Below are positions 37,567-47,615 of a DNA stretch of 50,038 nt, in pieces. Source of the DNA: Parcubacteria group bacterium (lineage in GTDB: Bacteria > Patescibacteriota > Patescibacteriia > Buchananbacterales > UBA6539); assembly GCA_002687175.1 (NCBI GenBank), contig NYZP01000023.1:1-50038 (forward strand). Reading direction: 5' to 3'. The notes under the pieces were generated by a model. The model ran no database searches and was not told where the DNA came from. It saw only the letters and a program-made list of their open reading frames with translations. Made by a program: the position numbers and the translations under genes. Every line of letters starts with the position of its first letter. The first letter of the stretch is position 1.

Positions 37567-38604
37567 ATGCTTATGAACGAAGATCAAGAAGAAAATCGAA
37601 TAGTTAATCCCGAGGAGCTAAAAAAAGATGAGGCTTTTGATTTATCTTTGCGACCAAAAAATTTAAAAGAATTTGTTGGCCAACAGAAAATTAAGAATAA
37701 TCTACAAATTTTTATGGACGCTGCCAAGGGTCGTGGTGAACCAATTGAACACGTTTTGCTTTACGGTCCACCCGGTTTAGGTAAAACTTCCTTAGCTCAC
37801 ATTATGGCTTCTGAAATGGGTGTTAACATTAGAGTCACTTCCGGCCCGGCTTTAGAAAGAAGCGGTGACTTGGCCGCCATCTTAACAAACTTGGAAGACG
37901 GCGATATTCTATTTATTGATGAGATCCACCGAATGAATAAAGTGATTGAAGAAATTTTATATCCAGCAATGGAGGATTATGCTTTAGATATTGTTATTGG
38001 TAAGGGACCATCAGCCAGGACTTTAAGACTTGACCTACCACGCTTTACCATTGTCGGAGCGACCACTAAGGTCTCGATGCTTTCTTCTCCTTTTAGAGAT
38101 CGCTTTGGTAATATTTATCATCTCAATTTTTATAACGAGAACGAAATTAGCCAGGTTATAGAAAGGGCAGCCAAAATTCTAAAAATTAATATTGCCCTTG
38201 CCGCCGCTGGAAAAATAGCTGCCCGATCTAGAAAAACTCCCCGTATTGCTAACCGACTTTTAAAAAGAGTTCGTGACTTTGCCCAAATTAAAACTGCCGG
38301 TCTGGTAAACGACGAATCCACCGAAAAAGCTTTAGATATGTTAGATATTGATAAATTTGGACTTGATGAAATTGACCGCATAATTCTAGAAACCATCATT
38401 ACTAAATTTAACGGTGGTCCAGTTGGTTTGAACACTATTGCTGCCGCCACTGGTGAAGATATGGCAACGATTGAAGATGTCTATGAGCCATTTTTGATCC
38501 AAATTGGTTTTCTAAAAAGAACTCCTAAGGGTCGCGTTGCTACTGAAGCGGCCTATGAACATCTTGGTTTAAAAAATTCAAAAAACCAAAATAAACTGTT
38601 ATAA
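37567..38604 (+). CDS. ruvB: Holliday junction branch migration ATPase RuvB
   Basis: [21 protein letters not shown] and DEIHR, with a RuvB C-terminal domain. Confidence 0.95.
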   Translation: MLMNEDQEENRIVNPEELKKDEAFDLSLRPKNLKEFVGQQKIKNNLQIFMDAAKGRGEPIEHVLLYGPPGLGKTSLAHIMASEMGVNIRVTSGPALERSGDLAAILTNLEDGDILFIDEIHRMNKVIEEILYPAMEDYALDIVIGKGPSARTLRLDLPRFTIVGATTKVSMLSSPFRDRFGNIYHLNFYNENEISQVIERAAKILKINIALAAAGKIAARSRKTPRIANRLLKRVRDFAQIKTAGLVNDESTEKALDMLDIDKFGLDEIDRIILETIITKFNGGPVGLNTIAAATGEDMATIEDVYEPFLIQIGFLKRTPKGRVATEAAYEHLGLKNSKNQNKLL

Positions 38605-38614
38605 TAAAATTAGT

Positions 38615-38854
38615 ATGGGTATTCCAATTTCTATTTTCTACTTTATTTATCTAATTTTTGTTTTAATATTTTTGGCATTTACTTTTTTTAACGTTTATCA
38701 TTTAGTCCGTTTTGGTTTTTTAACCATCGGTAATATTGTTATTGTCTGTTTTTATATTGCTATTTCATTTTTAATTTTAGTAATCTCTTGGGGCTACATT
38801 GGTCAAATTGATTGGACCGCAACCATCCCAATTATCCCAACCTTAAACTTTTAG
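38615..38854 (+). CDS. small membrane protein
   Basis: 79 aa with 2-3 TM helices. Confidence 0.5.
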   Translation: MGIPISIFYFIYLIFVLIFLAFTFFNVYHLVRFGFLTIGNIVIVCFYIAISFLILVISWGYIGQIDWTATIPIIPTLNF

Positions 38855-38865
38855 CTAAAAAATAT

Positions 38866-39432
38866 ATGCTAAAATTTCATATTCCCCATCACCTTAAGGG
38901 AGAGAAAATAATTATACTACTTAGACGACATCCATTTATTATTTTAATTAAAATTATTTTTTGGGCTTTCGTCGCTATTTTACCACCTATTTTTTATTTA
39001 ATCTTAGGTGACGAATTAGCAAAAATTTTTTCTAATGAATTACTCTCGCCGTTAGTAGTTTTGTTCACCAGTCTTTGCTATCTTTACATTTGGTTATTTG
39101 CTTTTCACAGTTTTGTTGACTACTACTTAGACGTTTGGATCGTTACCACAGAAAGAATAATTAATATTGAACAAAAAGGTCTTTTTGCCAGAACAGTGTC
39201 CGAACAAAAAATTTACCGTATTCAAGATGTTACTTCGGAACTGAAAGGATTTTTTTCAACCTTACTAGATTTTGGCACCGTTTATATCCAAACCGCGGCC
39301 GAGAAAGAGCGCTTTATTTTTAAACAAGTTCCCGCCCCTTACAAGGTTGCTAGAAAAATTACCAAGATAGTTGAAAAAAATAAAAAATTCCATCGCTTGA
39401 AGGAACAGAAAGACAAAATTACTACTAAATAA
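38866..39432 (+). CDS. membrane protein with bacterial PH (bPH_2/YdbS-like) domain
   Basis: Two TM helices followed by TTERIINIEQKGLFARTVSEQKIYRIQDV...GTVYIQTA. The start is set at the ATG at 38866, after the upstream stop. Confidence 0.55.
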   Translation: MLKFHIPHHLKGEKIIILLRRHPFIILIKIIFWAFVAILPPIFYLILGDELAKIFSNELLSPLVVLFTSLCYLYIWLFAFHSFVDYYLDVWIVTTERIINIEQKGLFARTVSEQKIYRIQDVTSELKGFFSTLLDFGTVYIQTAAEKERFIFKQVPAPYKVARKITKIVEKNKKFHRLKEQKDKITTK

Positions 39433-39561
39433 AAAGAGTAAAAAAATATGGCGCTAGGCCATATTTTTTTGTTTTTATTTTAATTGTGACTAAAAGAACA
39501 AAAATTATATCGCCAATGATTTCAATCTACAAAAAAGTAGCTAAGCTGGCGTTAAAAAATA

Positions 39562-39843
39562 TCAATTACCTATATATCCTTGATTTATAATATTTGTGAC
39601 AAACTGTCCAGGAATGAAAGCTGTTCCTTCCTTTTGAACAATGGTCGCGGCGCTGGAAGTTGGTGTAGCGCCTAAAAAATTGGTTGCCCCGCCTAGGATT
39701 AAACCAACCGCTAAAATAATAAAAAAAGCACTGATCAAACTGGTTACTAGTCCATGATTAGTAATTGCTTTATTCAGAGCTTGTGGCTGGGTGCTGACAC
39801 CAAATAATTTAAGCACGCCATAGCCTGATTGAGTTCTTTGCAT
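39562..39843 (-). CDS. hypothetical small protein with one TM helix
   Basis: 93-aa ORF with no recognised motif. Confidence 0.4.
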   Translation of the reverse strand: MQRTQSGYGVLKLFGVSTQPQALNKAITNHGLVTSLISAFFIILAVGLILGGATNFLGATPTSSAATIVQKEGTAFIPGQFVTNIINQGYIGN

Positions 39844-39955
39844 AATTTTTTTTATTTTTGTTTTTAGACAATGTGCAGATAATAAAAGAGAGCTTGTCTC
39901 AACTCTCTAACTACAGTATAGCATGTCTAAATAATTTTGTCAAGTTGGAAACATA

Positions 39956-41395
39956 ATGATATCATTCAAATGTATGGAAGAAACCAGAAAATTAGCACAC
40001 AACACCATAATTCAAATTCTAGGGAAAGGCTTAACCATCACCTTTGCCTTAGTTGGCTTTGGTTTAACCACTCGGCATTTAGGTCAAGAAGGTTTTGGAT
40101 TTTTAGTTACCATCTATGCCTTTTTAACTATTTTTGGCATCTTGGTTGATTTGGGGTTACAAATGACCACCACTCAATTAATTTCAAATCCTAAAGAAGA
40201 CGAAAGTAAAATTTTAAGTAATGCCTTAACCATCAGGTTAATTGCTTCAATTATTTTTTTGAGCATAGCACCAATTGTCGTCTTGTTCTTTCCCTATCCC
40301 AGTATTGTAAAAATTGGTGTTGCGGTAGCAGCGGTTGGTTTCCTTTTTAATTCACTAACCGCAACTATTACCAGCCTTTTTCAAAAACACTTGACCATGA
40401 TTAAATCAGTTATTGCTGATGAAGCTGCTAAAATAATTTATCTAACTCTAATTTTTGCGGCGGTTTTTTTAAACTGGGGTTTATTCGGTATTATTGCCGC
40501 TTTAGTTGTAGACAGTATTGTCACTTTCGCCATCCTATTTTATTTTGCCCAAAAACAAACTGTCCTAAAACCAAGCTTTGATTTTATAATTTGGAAAAAA
40601 ATATTTACTAAAACTTGGCCCATTGCCTTAACTATTGCTTTAAATTTAATTTATTTCAAAGGTGACCTTTTTATTATGTCATTAATCAGAACTCCGTCAG
40701 AGGTTGGTCTTTATGGTGCTCCTTATCGTGTATTAGAAGTTTTAATAAATATCAGTTTTTTATTACTGGGATTAATTTTGCCGATTCTAGCGGCTTCAGC
40801 CGCAGCCAAAAATTTTACTAAATTTAAAGAAATGCTTCAATCTACTTTTGACTTCTTGGTTATTTTTACGGTGCCAATGATAATTGGTACTTTATTTCTA
40901 GGTGAAAGTATTATGGTTTTTGTTTCTGGGTCCGAGTTTATTATTTCTGGACAACTAATTAAAATTTTAATGTTGGCTACCGGTGCCATCTTTATTGCCT
41001 CTTTGTTTGGTTATGCCGTGGTGGCTTTAGACCAACAAAAAAGAATGATAAAATTTTATGCGATTAATGCTGTCATTTCAATTATTGGTTACATATATTT
41101 AATTTCTAATTATGGTTATTGGGGTGCCGCCTGGATGACGGTTTTTACCGAGGTTTTTATTTTAGTCACTGCCGGTTATGTGATGTATAAAAATATAAAG
41201 TTTTTACCCAAACTTACATTACTTGGTAAGTCAATAATTGCCAGTTTATTAATGGCTATTCCTCTAGTTACTTTTTCCAACTTAAATTTTTTAATTTTGG
41301 CCTTCACCGCAATCATTGTATACTTTGTTACTTTGTACGCTCTAAAAGGTTTTGATAAACAGTTTGTTTTAGACATTATAAAAATTAAAAAATGA
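39956..41395 (+). CDS. MOP-superfamily polysaccharide flippase (Wzx-like)
   Basis: 479 aa, polytopic, with a family-like layout. Confidence 0.7.
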   Translation: MISFKCMEETRKLAHNTIIQILGKGLTITFALVGFGLTTRHLGQEGFGFLVTIYAFLTIFGILVDLGLQMTTTQLISNPKEDESKILSNALTIRLIASIIFLSIAPIVVLFFPYPSIVKIGVAVAAVGFLFNSLTATITSLFQKHLTMIKSVIADEAAKIIYLTLIFAAVFLNWGLFGIIAALVVDSIVTFAILFYFAQKQTVLKPSFDFIIWKKIFTKTWPIALTIALNLIYFKGDLFIMSLIRTPSEVGLYGAPYRVLEVLINISFLLLGLILPILAASAAAKNFTKFKEMLQSTFDFLVIFTVPMIIGTLFLGESIMVFVSGSEFIISGQLIKILMLATGAIFIASLFGYAVVALDQQKRMIKFYAINAVISIIGYIYLISNYGYWGAAWMTVFTEVFILVTAGYVMYKNIKFLPKLTLLGKSIIASLLMAIPLVTFSNLNFLILAFTAIIVYFVTLYALKGFDKQFVLDIIKIKK

Positions 41396-42384
41396 CGCCT
41401 CTCATAATTAATCATAAAATTTACGGCAAGCAAAAAATAACTGAACCGGTTTTGATTGAATTGATTAAATCTCCAGCCCTGCAACGACTCAAGCACATTG
41501 AACAGCATGGTACTTGGCAGTGGCATCAAGACTGGAAAAAAGAAAATTATTTCAGTCGATACTACCACTCGGTCGGAGTGATGTTAGTGCTTAAAAGATT
41601 TAATGCTAGCGTTGAAGAACAACTACATGGTTTATTGCATGACGTCTCCCATACGGTTTTTTCTCATGTTGCCGACTTTCTTTTTGGTAACGATCCCGGT
41701 ACCCACGACTACCAAGACAATAGACTTGCTAAATCATTTAAATTGCAAGGTATTGATAAAATTTTAAAAAAATACGGTTTTGAATCATCACATATTTTAG
41801 ATGATAAAAAATTTCCCCTAGCCGAACGTGACTTACCTGACTTGTGCGCCGACCGTATTGATTATACTCTGTCCGATCCCTGGGCTAAAACTTTTTACAC
41901 TACTTCACCAAAAAAAATTCTAGATAACCTGACGGTTCATAAAAATCAATTTGTCTTCAAAAATAGATTTGGGGCCAAAGAATTTGCCAGTTTATATGAA
42001 AAACACAACTATAATAATTGGTGCAACCCTCTACAAATTGCGATTTTTACTTTATCGGCTCAAATATTACGCGAGGCACTTAACAAAAAAATAATCTCTA
42101 AGAAAGAACTTTACGCCACCGATGAGTACGTTTTAAAAAAATTAAGACGAACAAACAACCCAGTTATTGTAAAAAAATTAGAACAGATCAAAAAATTAAA
42201 AATTCGTATTGTACCAAAAGACCAGGCTGATTTTTGGAGCACTTCAAAACCCAGAGCAGTTGATCCATATTTTTTACAAAAAGGAAAACTGATTCGCCTC
42301 TCAAAAGTTGACACGGCTTATAAAAAAAGGATTGCTAAGTGGGTTAAAAAAATTAAAAAAGGTTTTTGGATAAAAATAGTATAA
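41392..42384 (+). CDS. HD-domain phosphohydrolase
   Basis: YHSVGV...LLHDVSHTVFSHV. An ATGA start/stop overlap links it to the flippase gene. Confidence 0.7.
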   Translation: MTPLIINHKIYGKQKITEPVLIELIKSPALQRLKHIEQHGTWQWHQDWKKENYFSRYYHSVGVMLVLKRFNASVEEQLHGLLHDVSHTVFSHVADFLFGNDPGTHDYQDNRLAKSFKLQGIDKILKKYGFESSHILDDKKFPLAERDLPDLCADRIDYTLSDPWAKTFYTTSPKKILDNLTVHKNQFVFKNRFGAKEFASLYEKHNYNNWCNPLQIAIFTLSAQILREALNKKIISKKELYATDEYVLKKLRRTNNPVIVKKLEQIKKLKIRIVPKDQADFWSTSKPRAVDPYFLQKGKLIRLSKVDTAYKKRIAKWVKKIKKGFWIKIV

Positions 42385-42432
42385 AAAAAGACGAGCCGAG
42401 GATCAATTAAGATCTCAGATCGTCCAGAGACA

Positions 42433-42612
42433 CTACTCATCATCGTCCAAATGGACAGTTTCTTCGTGGGTACTTTTACGCTCCTCGGGGGTTTGGACTA
42501 ACGGAATCCCTCCAAATTGGCTATTCGGTAACCGCCTACCAAAGACTAAGACGCCAAGTCTACCGAAACCTCTCTCGCCATACCCTCCTGCTGGATGATA
42601 ATTTTCCATCAT
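42433..42612 (-). CDS. small Gly-rich protein, doubtful
   Basis: MMENYHPAGGYGERGFGRLG...HLDDDE, encoded in a G+C-richer patch. Confidence 0.3.
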   Translation of the reverse strand: MMENYHPAGGYGERGFGRLGVLVFGRRLPNSQFGGIPLVQTPEERKSTHEETVHLDDDE

Positions 42613-42677
42613 ATCTCTACCCTTTAAGTTAGCTGCCACCAATTTTTAATCACTATATAATATAACAAAAAAATCAA

Positions 42678-43997
42678 ATGTTTATCTTCGATTTCAGTTG
42701 GGAAATTCAACATTTCTTAAATCAATTCTGGCACCAGATAAATTTTTTACTGTTAATTATTTTTGTGCTGACCGGTTATTTAAGTTATAAAAATCCTGCT
42801 TATGCCGTTGGTCTAACCATAATACTACTGCCAACTTATTTATTTCGCTCATCCATTCTTGGAATACCTATTACTTTTTTAGAAATTTTGATCTTAACTA
42901 CTTTCCTTGGCTGGCTTTTAAAATCATACCTAAACGGTCAAGCCAGAAGTTGCTTTCAGTCCAGCTTCTACTGGCCAATTAGCATTGTGCTTATAGCAGC
43001 GACAATTTCTGTATTATTAGCACCGGACCTGAGACAAGCCGCCGGTATCTGGAAAGCCTATTTTATTGAACCAATTTTATTTTTCTTGGTAGCAACTAAA
43101 GTTTGGCGAACAGAACCGGGTCAAAAAATTATTTTATGGTCGTTAGGAATTTCCACTCTAACCATATCTCTTCTTGGTATTTACCAAAAATTTACCGGCT
43201 TTGGTATTTTTGAACCAGCCTGGATGGCCGCCGAACACCGCCGAGTAACTTCAATTTTTAGTTCACCAAATGCCGTTGGCCTCTATCTGTCTCCGATAGT
43301 AATGATTTACGTTGGTTGGCTAATTAGTGAAATAAAAAATTTAAAAAAAATTATTTTAAAACTACTAATTATTCTCCCCGCTTTAATTGCTATTATATTT
43401 ACAGTGTCCCGTGGTACTTGGCTGGGACTAATAGCAGCATCCATATTCATAGCTTTTTTTGCCTGCCCGCCGAAGTCACGCGAAGCGGGACGTAGGTGGG
43501 GTTGGAGTAAAAAATTAACTGCATTAATTGTTACTATAGTAATCTTTATAACGTTACTTATTCCTCTAAGTAGAAATCTACTGCTTCTGGCTATAACTTT
43601 CAAAGATACCTCCGGACAAAATAGACTTGAGCTGTATAGTATGAGTTATAATCATCTTTCTGGAAGTATTAAAGATTTTATTTTTGGTGCCGGCATTGGT
43701 GGCTTTGCTCAAATTCAAGACCAGCAACGCCAACCTTTAAAATTAGAGGCTTTGCTGTACCCTCATAATATATTTTTAAATTTTTGGTTAGAAATTGGAC
43801 TACTGGGCCTAATTGCTTTTGGCTGGCTAAAGATAAAATTTTTCAAAATTGGATTTCAAAATCTAAAAAACAATAAATGGCTTAGTTTGGGAATAATGGC
43901 TGCGATGATTACGATTATAACTCATGGCTTAATTGACGTTCCCTATTTTAAAAATGATTTAGCTGTTTTGTTTTGGTTGTTAGTTGGTCTAGTCTAG
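42678..43997 (+). CDS. O-antigen ligase (Wzy_C)-family membrane protein
   Basis: 439 aa, polytopic, with an FTVSRGTWLGL loop. Confidence 0.7.
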   Translation: MFIFDFSWEIQHFLNQFWHQINFLLLIIFVLTGYLSYKNPAYAVGLTIILLPTYLFRSSILGIPITFLEILILTTFLGWLLKSYLNGQARSCFQSSFYWPISIVLIAATISVLLAPDLRQAAGIWKAYFIEPILFFLVATKVWRTEPGQKIILWSLGISTLTISLLGIYQKFTGFGIFEPAWMAAEHRRVTSIFSSPNAVGLYLSPIVMIYVGWLISEIKNLKKIILKLLIILPALIAIIFTVSRGTWLGLIAASIFIAFFACPPKSREAGRRWGWSKKLTALIVTIVIFITLLIPLSRNLLLLAITFKDTSGQNRLELYSMSYNHLSGSIKDFIFGAGIGGFAQIQDQQRQPLKLEALLYPHNIFLNFWLEIGLLGLIAFGWLKIKFFKIGFQNLKNNKWLSLGIMAAMITIITHGLIDVPYFKNDLAVLFWLLVGLV

Positions 43998-44003
43998 GTA
44001 AAT

Positions 44004-44062
44004 AAAAAACAAAGACCAGAGATCCTGAAACAAGTTCAGGATGACAATGGTCTTTGTTTTTT
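44004..44062. terminator. bidirectional nested-hairpin terminator
   Basis: Outer stem aacaaagacca/tggtctttgtt, inner stem atcctgaa/ttcaggat, flanked by A and T runs. Confidence 0.65.
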
Positions 44063-44069
44063 ATTACTG

Positions 44070-44753
44070 TTATTTTTTGATCAATTTGTCGAGAACTTTT
44101 GCTGCTCTATCCTTCCCACCAAAACCAAATGCGATTCCACCGGCTAAAGAAACCATAAACACTAGACCGGTAAATAATATTTGAATTAATGAAGTAGCCA
44201 CTCGTAGTTGAATAAGCGCCGCCATAAAAGTAAAAATCATAATGGCCCACTTAGCAACATCGGCTAACATCTCAGCCGCGGAAAGTTTTGCGGCAACCGA
44301 AGTTTCTTTCACTAAAGTATGGATGAAGTTACTTACAATAATACCTACAATCAAAATAACTACTGATATAATGACGTTAGGGATGTAGAGAACAACTGCT
44401 TGCAAAAATTCTGAGATCTGATTTAAGTTCAAAATGTCTGCTGTTGCCACAAGTACCACGACGTACAGAAACCACTTTATCAACTCTCCTAAAGCATCGC
44501 TAATTTCCATTTTAAATCCAACTTTTGCTAATATTCCTTTTAGCCCAGTAGTCTCAATTGCTTTATCAACATAAATTCTTTGAGCCACTGTAGCAAATAA
44601 TTTACCAACACTCTTGGCAATTATAAGCCCAACAACGAATACGATAATAGCAATAAGAATGCTGGGAACTAGGCTGACAAAATCAAACCAAATTTCTGTG
44701 AACGAAGTAGTTAAAACTTCTCCCCAATCAGTTAAGCTTGACATAGGCGTCAC
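44070..44753 (-). CDS. membrane protein with conserved-TM-helix repeats (MscS-N-like)
   Basis: 227 aa with repeated hydrophobic modules. Confidence 0.6.
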   Translation of the reverse strand: MTPMSSLTDWGEVLTTSFTEIWFDFVSLVPSILIAIIVFVVGLIIAKSVGKLFATVAQRIYVDKAIETTGLKGILAKVGFKMEISDALGELIKWFLYVVVLVATADILNLNQISEFLQAVVLYIPNVIISVVILIVGIIVSNFIHTLVKETSVAAKLSAAEMLADVAKWAIMIFTFMAALIQLRVATSLIQILFTGLVFMVSLAGGIAFGFGGKDRAAKVLDKLIKK

Positions 44754-44814
44754 CTCCTTTCAATTTTGCTTAAAAGCAAAACTTAAAAATTTGTATTAGT
44801 GCTTCCTAAGATAT

Positions 44815-45177
44815 TTAAACAGCACCTGTAGCCTCTATAAGCTGATTAATAACAAAAGTAGCAAGGGCGTATGAGACAAAGATAATAATCAAACCAATAA
44901 CACCAGCACTGATAATCTTTTTTGCCTGTGATACTTTTTCTTCATTACCGGCTGAAATTAACCAGACAAAACCACCGTAAAGAATAATAATAATTGCAAT
45001 GATCCCCAAAAAGCCGAGCAAGATTCCAATAATATCCATCACTCCTTCCCTAATATCTTTAGTACCTAAGCCAGTGGCCGTACCATATTCAATACCTGTT
45101 TCTAGAGCCAAGACTGGAACAATACTTAAGGCAAATAAAAAAACCATTGATAGTACAATAGCAATTCCTTTTTTCAT
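44815..45177 (-). CDS. pilin-like small membrane protein (TrbC/VirB2-type, from memory)
   Basis: MKKGIAIVLSMVFLF... signal sequence, then GGFVWLISAGNEEKVSQAKKIISAGVIGLIIIF. The start is set at the ATG at 45177, behind GGGGGTG. Confidence 0.6.
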   Translation of the reverse strand: MKKGIAIVLSMVFLFALSIVPVLALETGIEYGTATGLGTKDIREGVMDIIGILLGFLGIIAIIIILYGGFVWLISAGNEEKVSQAKKIISAGVIGLIIIFVSYALATFVINQLIEATGAV

Positions 45178-45327
45178 ATTTTCACCCCCTTTCTTAAGGT
45201 TTATATAATTTAAGAACCTAAATATACTATAACACAAAATAAAAAGTAATACCAAGAGTTTTACAAAAAATACTTTAAATTTACAAACACCCTGCAATAT
45301 GATAAAATACCAAAAGATCATAAAAAT

Positions 45328-47559
45328 ATGACTTTTTTGATTCTTAGACAAAAAACAAAAATAACAACTAATCAAAAAACTTATTTAAAGCTAGGAATAG
45401 GAGTCTTAGCTCTTTTTTTGCTATTACCCTCAGTTGTTCAAGCGAGGATTTTTAATCCCCATAATATTATTACTGATCAAGAGCTGTTTGATAAAAATAC
45501 TTTATCACAAGCCGCCATTCAAAAATTTTTGGAGAGAGAAAATAGTGTTCTAGCACGCTACAGCCAAGTTGTCGAGGGAACACCAATGAAAGCCTCGGAA
45601 ATTATTTGGCAGGTTGGCCAAACGCACAGCATCAATCCAAAATTTTTACTAACCACCTTAGAGAAAGAACAGGGCTTAGTTACTAGAAGCCAAGCAACTG
45701 AAAAAGCTTTGGACTGGGCCACTGGTTATGGTTGTTATGGTGGCGGTTGTAATGAAAAACATCGTGGATTTTTTAATCAAGTAGAAGCTAGTGCCGAGAC
45801 TCAACAGATATACAAACAAAAAGCGGCACAATTTACTTTTAAAGTTAACCAAACAGCAACCACTTTTGATGGCTATAAAGTAACTCCAGCGAATCAAGCA
45901 ACCACTAATTTGTATATTTATACTCCCTACATTGGCAACGCTCCGGAACTGGGAATCAGTTCACGCTTTGGTGCCAATAAACTTTTTTGGCGACTTTGGC
46001 ATCGTTATTTTTCTAACCAAAAATTTCTAGACGGACAAATCATAGCTTTTAATGGCAGCTACTACAAAATTGAAAATAATACTAAAAGAAAATTTTTATC
46101 CCGTGATTTATTTTTAAAAGATCATAAATCAACTGATGCGATAAATGTATCTTCAAAAGATTTAAATGCTTATCCTGATGGACCAACCATCAATTTTAGT
46201 AACGATACCTTAGTAAAGTCATCAGCCTCCGGACAAATTTATTTAATCTCGGAAGATACAAAGCGTCCAGTGATTGATAATGCCGCTTTAGCACTACTGA
46301 CTGATGTTTCAATTGCCGTAGTTACTTCCAACGAAGTACCAACGGTTTCGGAAGATCAATTAGCTGGTTACAGTTTAGGAACTTTAATTTCCAGTGCATC
46401 AATTTTTCCTCAGGGTAAACTGTACAAAGATCCGTCTGGACAAATCTGGCAAGTTAAAGATAGCTTAAAACATGAAGTTGATCCCGTTGTTTGGCAAAAT
46501 AATTTTAACTCATCGCCAACCGAATCAATTTCTGCAGAGGTAATTGAAAAATATCCTACCGGAGCACCGGTGAAGTTAAAAGACGGTACCTTTGTATTTG
46601 CTAATAGCAAATATTATCTAATTTCTAGTGGGGAACGGATGAAAATTGATGATCCCACAATCTTTAATCACGTTTTTGGTCTAAGTAAAAAAAATAGTGC
46701 CCTGACAATTTCGTCGGCACTGTTAGACGTACACGATGCTGGAGAGATAATTGATTATATTGACGACACCATTCAAAATTCTGCTCCGACAACTCCCACC
46801 ACCAGCTCTAGTGGCAACTATAATGCAGTTTTTGATTCTATGACTCCAGATGGTTTAATTCTGACAACCGGCCAAGCGGCTGCAGTCAATATTAAATTTA
46901 AAAATAATGGTTCTACCTCCTGGAACGAATCAAACGTCTGGTTAGAAATTACCAACAAAGGTGAAGCTGCTTCCTCCTTTAGCGTACCTGATAAAGTAAC
47001 AGTTACTGAAACCAGCGTGTCCAACGGTCAAATAGGTAATTTTACTTTTAACTTAACGGCTCCAACTGACAGAAGCGGTCTATTAAATCAAGAATTTACT
47101 TTATACTACAATAAAAATGGAACGCCAACTAAAATTGCCTCCATTGGTAAATTTATTATTGTAAAACCAGGAGTCTCTGCTCAAATTATCGAACACAATA
47201 TTCCAATTGCCGTTAGCAATCTCTGGAAACCAATTGATATTACCATGAAAATCAAAAACACCAGTGCCGACACTGCCTGGCTAAATCGAAAGACTGCCTT
47301 GGAGCTTTATAATCTAGACGGTACAACTTCATACTTTTATGACCCTAACGACTGGGTTAGGGAAGAAGTCGTTGGTGTACCACTTAATGGTTCAACCATT
47401 GAACCGGGAGAGATTGGAGAATTTAAGTTTACTTTGGATCCTCGAAATATTAAACCAAATCATTACATCTTAAACTTTCAATTAAAACTCTTAGATCAAG
47501 ACGAAGATGTCTTCTTAGATGGCCGTGATCAGTGGCATCGAGAGATTAGAGTTGATTAA
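45328..47559 (+). CDS. large secreted hypothetical protein
   Basis: 743 aa with a signal-like N-terminus and Ig-like C-terminal repeats (NGSTSWNESNVWLE). Confidence 0.6.
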   Translation: MTFLILRQKTKITTNQKTYLKLGIGVLALFLLLPSVVQARIFNPHNIITDQELFDKNTLSQAAIQKFLERENSVLARYSQVVEGTPMKASEIIWQVGQTHSINPKFLLTTLEKEQGLVTRSQATEKALDWATGYGCYGGGCNEKHRGFFNQVEASAETQQIYKQKAAQFTFKVNQTATTFDGYKVTPANQATTNLYIYTPYIGNAPELGISSRFGANKLFWRLWHRYFSNQKFLDGQIIAFNGSYYKIENNTKRKFLSRDLFLKDHKSTDAINVSSKDLNAYPDGPTINFSNDTLVKSSASGQIYLISEDTKRPVIDNAALALLTDVSIAVVTSNEVPTVSEDQLAGYSLGTLISSASIFPQGKLYKDPSGQIWQVKDSLKHEVDPVVWQNNFNSSPTESISAEVIEKYPTGAPVKLKDGTFVFANSKYYLISSGERMKIDDPTIFNHVFGLSKKNSALTISSALLDVHDAGEIIDYIDDTIQNSAPTTPTTSSSGNYNAVFDSMTPDGLILTTGQAAAVNIKFKNNGSTSWNESNVWLEITNKGEAASSFSVPDKVTVTETSVSNGQIGNFTFNLTAPTDRSGLLNQEFTLYYNKNGTPTKIASIGKFIIVKPGVSAQIIEHNIPIAVSNLWKPIDITMKIKNTSADTAWLNRKTALELYNLDGTTSYFYDPNDWVREEVVGVPLNGSTIEPGEIGEFKFTLDPRNIKPNHYILNFQLKLLDQDEDVFLDGRDQWHREIRVD

Positions 47560-47615
47560 AAGAAAAAAGGGCTTTGATTTAAATTAAGTTAATTCAAATC
47601 TAACCCTTGTTTTTA

